Assembly: GCA_040182905.1 (NCBI GenBank)
Contig: JARQWU010000003.1
Span: forward strand, 62,001-113,008
Origin: Barthelona sp. PAP020
Lineage: Eukaryota
Reading direction: 5' to 3'
DNA: 51,008 nucleotides
Below the pieces are notes generated by a model. The model was not told the DNA's origin, made no database searches, and worked only from the letters and a program-made list of their open reading frames with translations. The translations under genes and the position numbers were made by a program. Every line of letters begins with the position of its first letter. The stretch's first letter is position 1. Shown here in pieces: positions 29,519 through 40,308 of this stretch.

Positions 29519-31339
29519 TTAATTAATTTCTTTGTTTAATTCTTGAATATCTGCAGCCAAAAAGGCAACACATTGTGAAAAAGTGATATATTCCACACTA
29601 TGAGGGTTTATTTGATTCAAAATTTCGGCACATTCAACTTCAAGTCTACTAGGAGTTAACAATCTCAACAGATCCAAAAATCCTTTGTCATTTATTTTTC
29701 CAATATTCTGTACATCTATTTCTCTAAATATTTCGACAAACTTTTCCAAAAATTTTAAATGTTTTTGTAAATTGAAATCCAACAAGATTTCAATGAAAGA
29801 TTTAAAGCTTATTCTCTGTTTTACAGCATCTGGTTGCAAACTAATGAGTATTTCTTCATCAATTGGCACGTTATTATCTCTTAAAGTCTCAAATCTTAAT
29901 CTTTCTGCTGGTGTTAATTCTTTTCCTTGAGGAGTTTCTTTTAATATTTGTTCCCTGACTTTTCGGATTAAAATCAAGAATGTGTCCTTGTCATATAAGG
30001 CTTTCAATATTTCTAACCATTGTTTTTCCTGTAATATTGACGTTTTGATGTGATTCAAGGATTCAATTACTTTTGCTTCTGGTAGATTAGGAGACTCTGT
30101 ACGTATAAGCGATTTGAGAATTTGATCGACTATCTCTTCTAATTTGCTTTGTAAAATCACAAAGTTCTCATCAATATTATTCTCTAAAATATTTAAGAAG
30201 ACTTTAATGAAGTTAGATTCGCTAGCATATTCCTTTAAACTGTTAGAAAACGTTCTCAACTTGGTTTTCACAATCATTCTATCACCAAAGTTCTTAATCA
30301 AATAACTCATGATGAACTCTCGTAGGGTTTCGTGTGATTTCTTCTTCGTGTCCATCAAGTCATCAAAATATCGTTTTTCAATGTAAATATTTTGTATCAT
30401 CTCTTCAGTCTTGCTGAAAGTATACGTTTTTAGACTCTTTTGAGGTGAAATTGTAACAGGTATGGGTATTGAAGATGAAGAATTAACCTTTACATGTAAT
30501 GGCGACAAAGAAAGTGCATTTTCCAGTCTACTCGTAAATGAATCATTGGTTGTGGTATCAGTAAGGCTAAATTCACTCCCATCTCGATTTTTTATCGTGC
30601 CACTATTTGCTAAGTACCCATTAGCATTCAATACATGAGTTGTGAAATCATGACGATAGTTCTTCGATCTTTCCATTAATAATTGCTGTTCCATTGCTTT
30701 TACCTTTTCTTTTAAATCAACAATCTCATTGTCCTTAGCATTTAGCTGAGTTTCAAAGTTTTCAACATCAATAGAATGTTCTTCTTGCAAAACTTCAGCT
30801 GCTTTCAACAACTCATTTGTTTCCTTTTCAATCATTTCGTTCTTTCCTTTCAACTCTTGCAATCTACTATTAAACAACGTGTACAACTTGATCATGAAAG
30901 GCTTGAATATTAAAAATGTTTCTTGAATATTGGTATTAACAGACATTAAATAGCGTTTTAATTCATCAATATTCATGTTTACCATACTTTCAGCAATTTC
31001 TTTATCGTCAGTACAAAGAATTTTTTCAAAACACAAATCATTCAACAAATTAAAAAATTGATGCTTAACAGTGATAAATTCTAACATTCGAAAAAAAGCA
31101 TTATTTTCATTGTCTAAAATATGTTGAAATTTTGCACTTATGTTACAAACACCATTTTCAAAATATTCAGTCATATCTTTTTCTTCATCATCGGTTAATT
31201 CTCTTATTAGTTTTAAAGATTCAAAATGTTCAGCAACAGATTCTATTAAAGCATCATTTTCAGATAAATTTTCTTGTAATTCAAAAAAATCTGTTAATCC
31301 TTTCATTATCTGTTCATCATTGAATAATTCATTCGTCAT
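29519..31339 (-). CDS. Coiled-coil + EF-hand-like protein, TSNAXIP1-related family
   Basis: Central coiled coil, a block IQNIYIEK..DD...HETLREFI..YL...FG...FLNILEN, and C-terminal EF-hand-like FREIDVQNIGKIN and YITFSQC. Confidence 0.55.
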   Translation of the reverse strand: MTNELFNDEQIMKGLTDFFELQENLSENDALIESVAEHFESLKLIRELTDDEEKDMTEYFENGVCNISAKFQHILDNENNAFFRMLEFITVKHQFFNLLNDLCFEKILCTDDKEIAESMVNMNIDELKRYLMSVNTNIQETFLIFKPFMIKLYTLFNSRLQELKGKNEMIEKETNELLKAAEVLQEEHSIDVENFETQLNAKDNEIVDLKEKVKAMEQQLLMERSKNYRHDFTTHVLNANGYLANSGTIKNRDGSEFSLTDTTTNDSFTSRLENALSLSPLHVKVNSSSSIPIPVTISPQKSLKTYTFSKTEEMIQNIYIEKRYFDDLMDTKKKSHETLREFIMSYLIKNFGDRMIVKTKLRTFSNSLKEYASESNFIKVFLNILENNIDENFVILQSKLEEIVDQILKSLIRTESPNLPEAKVIESLNHIKTSILQEKQWLEILKALYDKDTFLILIRKVREQILKETPQGKELTPAERLRFETLRDNNVPIDEEILISLQPDAVKQRISFKSFIEILLDFNLQKHLKFLEKFVEIFREIDVQNIGKINDKGFLDLLRLLTPSRLEVECAEILNQINPHSVEYITFSQCVAFLAADIQELNKEIN

Positions 31340-31632
31340 TTCGATATTATTTTCAATTATTGATATATTAGTTTTTAATAAGGTGTTGGAAAAAATATTA
31401 AAGCTTTTTTAATCCAAGATATCTTCATTTTATCTTTGCCTTTTTCCCTCAAAAACCATGTTTTAATTTTTTTAACTGAATATTTTTCGATTTTTTAAAT
31501 AAACAATGAAACTTTTAATTAGTTTTTGAAAAAAGTATTCAACCATGAAAAATCAAACATCCTAAAGTGCAATTTATACAGAGGGTAATAATTTTCTTCG
31601 ATATTCAAACAGAAACAGTTCAAGAAAAAATT

Positions 31633-31944
31633 ATGCTGAAAATTCACATTTGCTTTCTTGCCAAAGTTGATCATTTTTTCATGGAATTGAGCTCAAAGTC
31701 ACTTTACCAAAAATGATTCCCAAACACAAGAAAAGATCAGTTAATAAATGAGAAAGTTCTCACAAATATCTATTCATGCACATTTTATTGTGACCAATTA
31801 ATGAATCCTGTGATAGTACAGTGTTTGGTTAAAATTCCAATCAAGGATGATGAAGAGTTGATCAAAGAGCTCAAAAAAATAGATTCAGCTCAAAAATCTG
31901 CTGAAATTTTCACCAAAAAAAGGAAAAAATTAATAATTAAATAA
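31633..31944 (+). other. 103-codon reading frame with a single in-frame TGA (31714-31716); possible recoded gene, intron-containing gene or pseudogene
   Basis: Manual translation: MLKIHICFLAKVDHFFMELSSKSLYQK*FPNTRKDQLINEKVLTNIYSCTFYCDQLMNPVIVQCLVKIPIKDDEELIKELKKIDSAQKSAEIFTKKRKKLIIK*. It fills an unusually long spacer and ends 26 bp from the convergent USP stop. Confidence 0.35.
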
Positions 31945-31970
31945 ATTTATGAGTTAAGAAAAAAAAACCC

Positions 31971-34061
31971 TTATTTCTTCATCTTTAATGGAGAAACAAA
32001 TCCTTTTCTACCACTATTTTGACTAGAACTGTTTTTTTTCTTTTGACTAGGTTTGTTTTTTGAAGATTCATTGAATTTGTGTGAATTTTTTTTGTCTTTT
32101 GAGTTTGAACCATGTTTTCCATTGTGAGAAACAGGGTTTTTAAAACCTTTTCTCTTAAAATTCAAATTTGGTTTCTTAAACCCTTTGTGTCCTTTTTGTT
32201 GTTGATTTCGTTTGGCTTGCTTCTTTTTAAGTTCATCCTTTGGATCAAATGCTTGGAATTGTTGCTTCATATCATGTTCTTCTAAATCCAATTGCTTCCT
32301 TATCTTTGGTGCGTGACCAGAATCATACTCTCTATCATATTCGGAGATTTGGAATTCACTGTCTGCCTTGAGGTCTTCTTTAATCTTCTTTATCTCTTCC
32401 TTTTGATGATTTTCTACATCATCCCAAACTTCAGTTTCTTCAGCTTTCAATAATTTTGCATTTGGCTTTTTAGATTTCTTTAAAAGTCCAGCTTTTGCTT
32501 CTTTTAACGTTGCTTTATGTTCATTCTTATTTGGATTGTACTCAAAAGTAGAAACAGAATGTTTTTTGTCATCAATAACGGGTTCCTTTTTGTTCTTTTT
32601 CTTTTTAGAGCTATTTTCCTCAACTTGTTGTTGTTCAGATGTTCTTGTTCTTGTGTTGGTCTTTGTTTTTGTGTTTTTTTTGTTGGAACTGATACTATCT
32701 TCATCAACATCATGTTCACCCAAAGTTTCCTTTTCTCCAACAACAGGTTCTTCATTCTTTATCAGTTCAATAAATTGTTGATCTTTTTCATTAGCAGTTG
32801 CGTCCATTGTGTTTAATTCTGTCTCATTAACTAGTTCATCCTCTTCAGCCTTCAGTTTCTTGAGGATACGTTCAGCATCGGAAGAGTCAAGAACCAACCC
32901 TTTTTCCTTATCAAAAATGTGATAACAAAGGATAACTGTCGATTCATCAGCAAATACATCTTTTTTTGCTATCGGACACACTTCTTCATCATCGATTTCA
33001 ACCCATATTCCAGCAGATGAAAAAGCATGGGCATAATAATGTCCACCTCCACGCTCTCCAACATGACATACAGTTGACAATAATTTCCAAGTTGTTGTTT
33101 CACCATCAATCTCAAAAGATATCTCTTCAGGAAATTCAACATGTTTTTGAAACTTGATAAAGTCCATCAACTCAATATCAAACATAAAACGTTTAAAATT
33201 AAAACAAAGTATACCTTTTGGAAGCTTAGAAAACTCACAAGACTTTATTACAGTCACAGTTTCCTTACACTTCTCGCATTTGTATCCTTCAATTTTCTCG
33301 TGAGCAAAATGATGATCAATCATGGATTGCAAGTTACGATTTTTCTTTCCTTTGGGAATTTGTAGTTCTAAATTTATAAATCGCTCAGGACGTGTAGTAA
33401 TATGCCCACAATCAGAACAAGTGAATTTATTCAACACTCTTCCAGCCATTAATTGAGGTAAAACTGATGTATCTGCTAATTCCATCGAAAGCATCTTACG
33501 TTTATTCTCAAGCAGATGATTTTCCCAAGAATCAATCAATCCCAAAAAAAACTCGTGTGCATCTTCTTGTGAAAAAGCTGTAAAATTGGGACATATATTT
33601 TGAACGTTTTTGATGTAATTTAATGTGTTAAAAGGCTTATTTTTCCTTTGAATATGTTTTAATGCATGAAAATATTCAATAAAAGAGTTAAATTTGTTGT
33701 TACTATTTTTTTGATATTCAAATAATTGAAACATATTATAAATACTTGGTAAATACGCTAATGCACTAAATACAGAATTCATATAACAATTAACCCCTAA
33801 ATTCATGAAACCAGAAAAAGGTGGAATAATTTTTTTCCATTGAAGTAATGTTTGAATTTTATTTGGATCAAATAAGTATTTAATTTCTTGTTTTCCTTCT
33901 TCATTACTCTTATTATCACTATTTTCAATGGAACTTTCATACTTTTCAAAGATTTTTTCATTTTCATTGTCACAATCTTTGGATGAAATAAAATTTAATC
34001 TCCTAGGTAATACCTCTTCAGATATATCAACCAAATCCTTAATATCAACAACTGTGGGCAT
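31971..34061 (-). CDS. Ubiquitin-specific protease, USP36/USP42-like
   Basis: Cys box GFMNLGVNCYMNSV, QEDAHEF, CSDC/CEKC zinc ligands, His box HVGERGGGHYYA and WVEIDD. The basic tail with YDREYDSG..PKIRK is typical of nucleolar USP36-type enzymes. Confidence 0.9.
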   Translation of the reverse strand: MPTVVDIKDLVDISEEVLPRRLNFISSKDCDNENEKIFEKYESSIENSDNKSNEEGKQEIKYLFDPNKIQTLLQWKKIIPPFSGFMNLGVNCYMNSVFSALAYLPSIYNMFQLFEYQKNSNNKFNSFIEYFHALKHIQRKNKPFNTLNYIKNVQNICPNFTAFSQEDAHEFFLGLIDSWENHLLENKRKMLSMELADTSVLPQLMAGRVLNKFTCSDCGHITTRPERFINLELQIPKGKKNRNLQSMIDHHFAHEKIEGYKCEKCKETVTVIKSCEFSKLPKGILCFNFKRFMFDIELMDFIKFQKHVEFPEEISFEIDGETTTWKLLSTVCHVGERGGGHYYAHAFSSAGIWVEIDDEEVCPIAKKDVFADESTVILCYHIFDKEKGLVLDSSDAERILKKLKAEEDELVNETELNTMDATANEKDQQFIELIKNEEPVVGEKETLGEHDVDEDSISSNKKNTKTKTNTRTRTSEQQQVEENSSKKKKNKKEPVIDDKKHSVSTFEYNPNKNEHKATLKEAKAGLLKKSKKPNAKLLKAEETEVWDDVENHQKEEIKKIKEDLKADSEFQISEYDREYDSGHAPKIRKQLDLEEHDMKQQFQAFDPKDELKKKQAKRNQQQKGHKGFKKPNLNFKRKGFKNPVSHNGKHGSNSKDKKNSHKFNESSKNKPSQKKKNSSSQNSGRKGFVSPLKMKK

Positions 34062-34245
34062 TCGAAAATAAATGAATTAAATGAATAATAAAAATTCGTT
34101 TTCCAAAAAAGAGTTTTTTATCTTCTTCTTATAATCAGTTTAATCACTCAATTTTTGAAATAAAATAACAGAATATTGATCCAAATAAAATAAATAATTG
34201 ATTAATTAATATTTCTTTACAAAATAGCCCTGCTTTTTTTCTTTC

Positions 34246-36516
34246 CTAGAATTCGATCACATTGGTGTAGATCTTATTGGGTAAATTCTTTATTTTAGCC
34301 AATTTATTAAATTTTGGCGCAACGTTATAAGTGCTTACTCGTCTGGTCGAATATTTTGCTGGTGGTGACATAAATTTCATGGGATTTCTCTCAGCAGTCA
34401 TCGGAGGAGTATCCAATTTTGATGGTATGTCAAAGAAATGATCAGATTTGAAAAACAACTCTCTTTTTGACACAGGAGAAACATTTGAAAGCATGGAATC
34501 ATCAAGCTTCTTCAATTTATTGTCTTTAAAAGAAGGACGTGTTTCAACAGTATCGTTGCCAACAACAATAGGTGGTGGAGGGGGAGGTACAATTTCATCT
34601 GTTTCATTTTCATTGTGAATCGGCTGATCTCTTAAATTATTTGAAGAATCCATGTTTATAACTTCATAATAGTGATTACTGTAGTGCTCATCAACAGCTG
34701 TTGAAGGTATTTCAAAAAAAGTAGGTCTATTGACTAATTGTTTTGGATCAATGTCAAACTCTTCAATATCTGGACTATATACATCTAAAACTCTAGTCAC
34801 TTGCAATGACTCCGATAAACTATTGTTATCAATCGACTTTTGAGTTAATGGATCTTTGGTGGGAGCTTGATCAATTTGTTCACTAAGAAAGCCCAAATTT
34901 TTTGACATATTTTCTAACAAATAGTTTTCTTTCATAGGTGGTCTGTAAACCCCACGATACGTACCAGTGCCAGTGACAGTGACAGTACCTTGACCAGCGG
35001 ACATTGGCTTTTTTGTCGACTTTGAATGCTTTGAAATAGCTTGGACATCATTTACTTTATCAGGTGGTGATTTATAAAAAACAGTGCTGAATTCAGAAAT
35101 TTTAAAAAGGGAAGTTAATTTTTGTTTGATGCTTTCATCTACAACAGGCAAAAGAGATACAATCTCCTCTGAACACATTAAAAGCCCTTGATCACGAAAA
35201 AATATTCTTTTTCCATTAATGGAAGCACGGTGAAAATACTTAAACATTGATCTATTTGGGAAATAAACAAGTAATAAAAAAAGATTCTTTAAGAGTGTAC
35301 AATATGAACTTGTTTTTAAATCTGAAGTCATTCCATGAGCTAAACAAAACAGGCCCAAATGTAAACGTTCTCTTGAAACACCAGGATTACCACCTGATAA
35401 AATTTGATAATCTAATTCAATAGAAGGTTCAGAATATCCAAAAATGGCGTATAAAAGTTTGAAAAACTTGAAATATTCCATCTTTGAAACACGTTCAGCA
35501 AATCCTGTGTTTTTGATAGTTTTTCGTGTCAGATATAGATAATATAAATCTAAAATATCTTCAAGTTTGCTAGATTCAAAAAGTTCAACCATATTGGTGT
35601 GTAAATCCGTGGTATCTGAAGAAGTTTCTTTCCAAAAAGCAGATCTCTTTAAAATCATTTTTTTTATAGCATTTGGAGTGTTTAAAAAATGATTAGACTT
35701 GTTAACCACGTGTTTTAACATATTTTGTTTGAAAACTAGACAATTTTCATCCTCTTGAAAATACAAATACCAAAACATAAGTGAATATTGATTTACAGCA
35801 ATAATCGCATCAATTTGAGTGTCAATTACGTCTGAAACCTCATTGTTTTCTGATTTAATTGAACATTTTCTCTTCAACTCTATTTTAAACGATTTGGGAA
35901 GATCAAAACTAATTTCAAAAGTATCATTATTTTCAAAAGTGTCTGTCATCCTGTTTTCTATTGCTACCTGACTGAAATACTTATCAGCAGTGTCTAATCT
36001 CATTTTTCGGTAACTAAAGGTCCTATCAGTCTGTGATCTTCTAGAAGAAGACCGTTTCGATACAGAACTCATCTGTCTTAAACTAACAATTGAATTCTGT
36101 TGTACATTAGAAAGATCAAGAGTTGGAACTAATATTTCGTTGGATTGAGTATTGGTTGGAGTGAATTTCTTCAAAGAACTGGAAGATTCATTTTTATCCA
36201 ATTTAACATTTTTTAACTTGTTTTTTAATCTCAACTTTGTCTTTAATTGTTTAGGTGTAGATGGTTTTATCCCATATTTATCTTCCATCTCTTTTAAAAT
36301 TGATTTTATACCTTTTCTGTGTTCTTTAAAATCTGTTTTTGTTTCATCAAGTTTTTCAGATGAATCTGCCAATTCTACTTGTCTATTATTTAATTTGCTT
36401 TGTTGTTCAGCATAATTTTGTTGAGTATCAAAAACAAATTGTTCATATTCTTCTGAACTTGCATTTAATATTGCAGTTCTTCTTGATTTCAAATTATTAT
36501 ATTCTTTTAAATTCAT
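34246..36516 (-). CDS. Hypothetical protein (N-terminal coiled coil, central helical domain, disordered tail)
   Basis: 756-aa ORF with ATG start. No confident family. Confidence 0.65.
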   Translation of the reverse strand: MNLKEYNNLKSRRTAILNASSEEYEQFVFDTQQNYAEQQSKLNNRQVELADSSEKLDETKTDFKEHRKGIKSILKEMEDKYGIKPSTPKQLKTKLRLKNKLKNVKLDKNESSSSLKKFTPTNTQSNEILVPTLDLSNVQQNSIVSLRQMSSVSKRSSSRRSQTDRTFSYRKMRLDTADKYFSQVAIENRMTDTFENNDTFEISFDLPKSFKIELKRKCSIKSENNEVSDVIDTQIDAIIAVNQYSLMFWYLYFQEDENCLVFKQNMLKHVVNKSNHFLNTPNAIKKMILKRSAFWKETSSDTTDLHTNMVELFESSKLEDILDLYYLYLTRKTIKNTGFAERVSKMEYFKFFKLLYAIFGYSEPSIELDYQILSGGNPGVSRERLHLGLFCLAHGMTSDLKTSSYCTLLKNLFLLLVYFPNRSMFKYFHRASINGKRIFFRDQGLLMCSEEIVSLLPVVDESIKQKLTSLFKISEFSTVFYKSPPDKVNDVQAISKHSKSTKKPMSAGQGTVTVTGTGTYRGVYRPPMKENYLLENMSKNLGFLSEQIDQAPTKDPLTQKSIDNNSLSESLQVTRVLDVYSPDIEEFDIDPKQLVNRPTFFEIPSTAVDEHYSNHYYEVINMDSSNNLRDQPIHNENETDEIVPPPPPPIVVGNDTVETRPSFKDNKLKKLDDSMLSNVSPVSKRELFFKSDHFFDIPSKLDTPPMTAERNPMKFMSPPAKYSTRRVSTYNVAPKFNKLAKIKNLPNKIYTNVIEF

Positions 36517-36891
36517 GTTTTAATCATTAATAAAAACATATCATTTGTTTAAATGTTAAATTGAAAAAAGAAAATATCCTTTGGTTTTTAATTTTTTTTT
36601 TAATATATTTCTACAGATATTTTTATCTTTTTTGGCAGAAAACTTTTATATTGTATCATTCAAAGAACAATGACTTTTTGTTTAAACTATTTCACAGTTG
36701 ATGTTTTCATAAATGTTTTTATCTTCATTTAATGATTTTTTTTCAATTAAAATATTGTGCGCATAGGAAGAATAATTAAAAATATTACAAATAAAACAAA
36801 AAAAACAGCTGAATACAATAAAAATACATAAAAACACAAAAACTATTTATAAACAAATGCCAACATCACGCAAAGTAAATTAAATTTGGTT

Positions 36892-37632
36892 TCAATAAAG
36901 AAGTGGCTGAGAAAATTGAACATTTGATGGGTCAGCTTGAAAATCAACAGAAACATTGTACAAATTTTCAATTGTTTCATCAACATCTGGATTTTGTGAC
37001 ACTTTTTTTTCAATAAATACGGAATTTTGCTTATTTATATCAGGTCTTACAACATTGTTAATATCTTGTCTGAAAGACAATTGATAGTCATTTATTTCAT
37101 CAAATGCAGGCAATTCGAAATTTTCGATTGGACTTCCTTTTCCAGTCAATCCATGAATAACCATATAGAATAATTCAACATGGGGGAATGCAATAACGAA
37201 TTTTTTCGCTGTAGTCACAATTGTCATTCTATAATTGTATTCATACATATAAAAACTGAAAAAATCTTTTGATTTTTTGCGGTCATAACCATTTGAAACT
37301 GCAGAAACTATGGAAATATCCTCAATAGATATGAGTTGAATACGCTCAACTGAACATGAACAGGCAGAACAAGAAAAAACAAAATTCTCATCATCAATCA
37401 AAAAATTAGCAGATTTTGGAATTGCCAAACGATAAAGAAAATACATTGAAACAAACAAAACTGCTGTAACTATCCACCAAGTTAAATTATAATGAAGCTC
37501 TGAAAAACATACACCAAAAATAAGTAAAAACAATGGAGAAAACATCAACGAACAAAATATTATAACTCGATAACCAAACCCCACAACATTCTTCGTGTAA
37601 AATTCAACAATGGGATCTGTTTTTTCAATCAT
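36892..37632 (-). CDS. Hypothetical membrane protein (two N-terminal TM helices)
   Basis: First ATG at 37632 (the track's start is TTG). Hydrophobic segments VIIFCSLMFSPLFLLIFGVCF and WWIVTAVLFVSMYFLY. Confidence 0.65.
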   Translation of the reverse strand: MIEKTDPIVEFYTKNVVGFGYRVIIFCSLMFSPLFLLIFGVCFSELHYNLTWWIVTAVLFVSMYFLYRLAIPKSANFLIDDENFVFSCSACSCSVERIQLISIEDISIVSAVSNGYDRKKSKDFFSFYMYEYNYRMTIVTTAKKFVIAFPHVELFYMVIHGLTGKGSPIENFELPAFDEINDYQLSFRQDINNVVRPDINKQNSVFIEKKVSQNPDVDETIENLYNVSVDFQADPSNVQFSQPLLY

Positions 37633-38190
37633 GAACAAGAAAATAAATGTAAATCTCTTGAGATAAAAATCATTATCAATATTCAATTTCTCCAAAATGA
37701 TCAACAAATACCTTGTTATAACATACAATGACCAGCTAATATCAAATTTGAAGAAAACAGTTCGTATACACCTTTCAGAAAAAAAAATTAAAGATCACTT
37801 TTTACAAGTATATTGATAAATATTGTTGAAATATTATACATTTGCTGGCTTAGAGTGGTGCTTTTTGAGAAAAATAGCTGGTTAAACTGGATTTGAAAAA
37901 ACTCTGGTTGTTTGTTTCGGAAATAAAAAATTGCATACATTTATTTAAAAGGTTTCTCAAACCTTTAACTTTCAGATTAACATGAGAAATTTTATGCAAT
38001 TAAGGCAAATGTCAATTTGCTTAGAAGTTCCCAGCTCTTTTCAATAATCAATGATGAAAACATTTCATGAAATGAGTAGAACATTTTTATATGTTAATTT
38101 GAATGCTTAAAAATCAAAAACTTCCAAATTAGGCAATCGTTAAACACAAAAAAGATCAAGAGTTTTGAAGGCAAAAAGCTCTTCATGCTA

Positions 38191-40179
38191 TCAAGCCAAA
38201 TAAAATTTGTTGAAGGTATCCTTTTTCATTTTTCTGTTTGTAATGCTCAAAAAACAATCATCCCAATTCAAAGACCCTGCAAAACCGAGGACATTATCTA
38301 TGTATTTTTGTTTTTTTTCATTTCTGCTTTCTAGTGAAATTGTGTCATCAAAAACCATTTGCCACAAATCCAAAGCGTATATCAATGCCCAAAGATAGGA
38401 ATAATAACCAGCAATGTATTGGTCTACACCAAAAATATGCAAAAAACGACACAAAAAGCAGTTTCCTGGATAAACTTTGAATGGAACTGTTGCTTTAGTA
38501 TGTTCAAAATATAATTTGTGGGGATCAAGGGCATTTAACTCCAAAGAAGTCAGTAGATGCAATTTATAATCAATAAGCGAAAAGTTACATGTTTTTAAGG
38601 TCGAAATAGCTTCAAACAAAAACGAATTTTTGAAAAAAGCCTGATATATTTCCACTGGTAGTTTTTCTCTTGTGTTTACATGTTGAGAAAGCTTAATAAC
38701 ACAGTTATCCGAATACAAAATATGCTCGTTAAAGAAACTGGGAACCTCAATCACATCCCAAGCACATGCATCATAGCCAATAATAAAACCATCAAGTTTA
38801 GTCAAAAAATAGTGTAAAGCATGCCCCATTTCGTGAAAAATTGAGCGTAAGTCGAAATGTTTGAAAAAAGTAACTCCTCCTGGACTAGTAGGAGTAAGAT
38901 TCAAAGCAAAATAGACTATTGGACATAATTCTTCGTTATCATCATGAATAGAATACTGCACACAATCACACCAGGCACCAGAGCTTTTTGATCCAGGTCT
39001 TTGAAATGGATCAACATATAGACCTGCAATAATTTGTTTATGACGAAACACTGAATAATGACGATAGTTTTCTGTTGACAACTCATCATTCTTAACAAAT
39101 TCAATATCATATATACTTTCCATCATCTTAAAGAATTCTTCAAAAGTGTGCTCAACTTCAAAATACTCCTCAAAAACCTTTTCCTCAAATTTTATCACTT
39201 TTTCTCCATATTTTCTCAAATAATATGATGTTTGCCATGGTTCTAACTCTAAATCTGCTTGACATTCTATTTCAGCCACAAAGCTTTCCAAACTTAGCTT
39301 ATGTTTAATGGAAATATCGAAGGCTTCTCTCTTTACATCTTCTAAAAGCTGAAGAACTTCATCTGTGGATGATGAAGACTTGTTAAAAAGCATAACTTCT
39401 GCATAGTTTGATTTCCCAAGAATGTGGGCAATTTCACTCCGAATACTTAATATTTCCTTAATTAATGGAGTATTCTCCTCTTCAGCAACCTTGATAAAAC
39501 GCTCATAATATCTTTGACGAACACTGTCATTATCGACAAACTTTAATATTACAGATGCATCAGATGAAAAGTTGACACTGTACATTGTACCATCTGCCTC
39601 TTTTTCATCCGCTCTTTTAAATCGATCCAAATCATCAGAAGTACATCCTTGCAATTCAAGTGATGTAAAACGTAGATGTTTACTGGATGCAGCATCAGCT
39701 TGCCTTCGAAATAAACCCATCTTTACTTGATGAACACTTTCAAGTTTCTTTAGTGAATCTCTAAGACTTTTATCTTCCAATTTAGCACCTAAACTTTCTG
39801 CATATGGTAAATATTTATTAAAAAAAGCTTTCAAATTGTGATCAAAAATACAATCTTTTGTTGAAAGCCAATAAGCATAAAACCTTTGAAATAATATCGG
39901 ATTTTGATATATACTTGTTTTAAATTCAACTAATAAAGGATAGAACTGTGAATAAAGATCTCCATATAAATCCGATGAAGCTTTGAATAAACTTTCAAAA
40001 GGTCTGATCACATTCATCAATCTAGTTAGTTGTCTGAAAATTAAAATGAAAAGTTCTTCATTGGAATGTTTGTCAATATCTTCAATCAACTGCTCAAAAA
40101 AAACTTCTTCCTTTGCAATAAATTCAGGTATAAATTTTTCATATTCGTCAACAGTTTTCCAAATCAAATAATTCCTCAT
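38191..40179 (-). CDS. M3A metallo-oligopeptidase (oligopeptidase A/PrlC-like)
   Basis: FHEMGHALH zinc motif, DPFQRPGSKSSGAW, WDVIEVPSFFNE and HIFG..YIAGYYSYLWA. First ATG is at 40179. Confidence 0.9.
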   Translation of the reverse strand: MRNYLIWKTVDEYEKFIPEFIAKEEVFFEQLIEDIDKHSNEELFILIFRQLTRLMNVIRPFESLFKASSDLYGDLYSQFYPLLVEFKTSIYQNPILFQRFYAYWLSTKDCIFDHNLKAFFNKYLPYAESLGAKLEDKSLRDSLKKLESVHQVKMGLFRRQADAASSKHLRFTSLELQGCTSDDLDRFKRADEKEADGTMYSVNFSSDASVILKFVDNDSVRQRYYERFIKVAEEENTPLIKEILSIRSEIAHILGKSNYAEVMLFNKSSSSTDEVLQLLEDVKREAFDISIKHKLSLESFVAEIECQADLELEPWQTSYYLRKYGEKVIKFEEKVFEEYFEVEHTFEEFFKMMESIYDIEFVKNDELSTENYRHYSVFRHKQIIAGLYVDPFQRPGSKSSGAWCDCVQYSIHDDNEELCPIVYFALNLTPTSPGGVTFFKHFDLRSIFHEMGHALHYFLTKLDGFIIGYDACAWDVIEVPSFFNEHILYSDNCVIKLSQHVNTREKLPVEIYQAFFKNSFLFEAISTLKTCNFSLIDYKLHLLTSLELNALDPHKLYFEHTKATVPFKVYPGNCFLCRFLHIFGVDQYIAGYYSYLWALIYALDLWQMVFDDTISLESRNEKKQKYIDNVLGFAGSLNWDDCFLSITNRKMKKDTFNKFYLA

Positions 40180-40308
40180 TTTCAGTAAGAAAAAAAGATG
40201 CAAGCTTTTTTTTTTATCAACAAACTATGTTTTCATTTTACGATGTTAAAGTTAAATAGTTCTTAAGAAGAGGTTTGCTTGCCATATTACTGTTATTTGC
40301 AGTTTTAA

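Noticed and set aside
37730..38190. Possible hidden gene in the long spacer before the peptidase stop
   Set aside because: The frames examined contain several stops and no recognisable motif.
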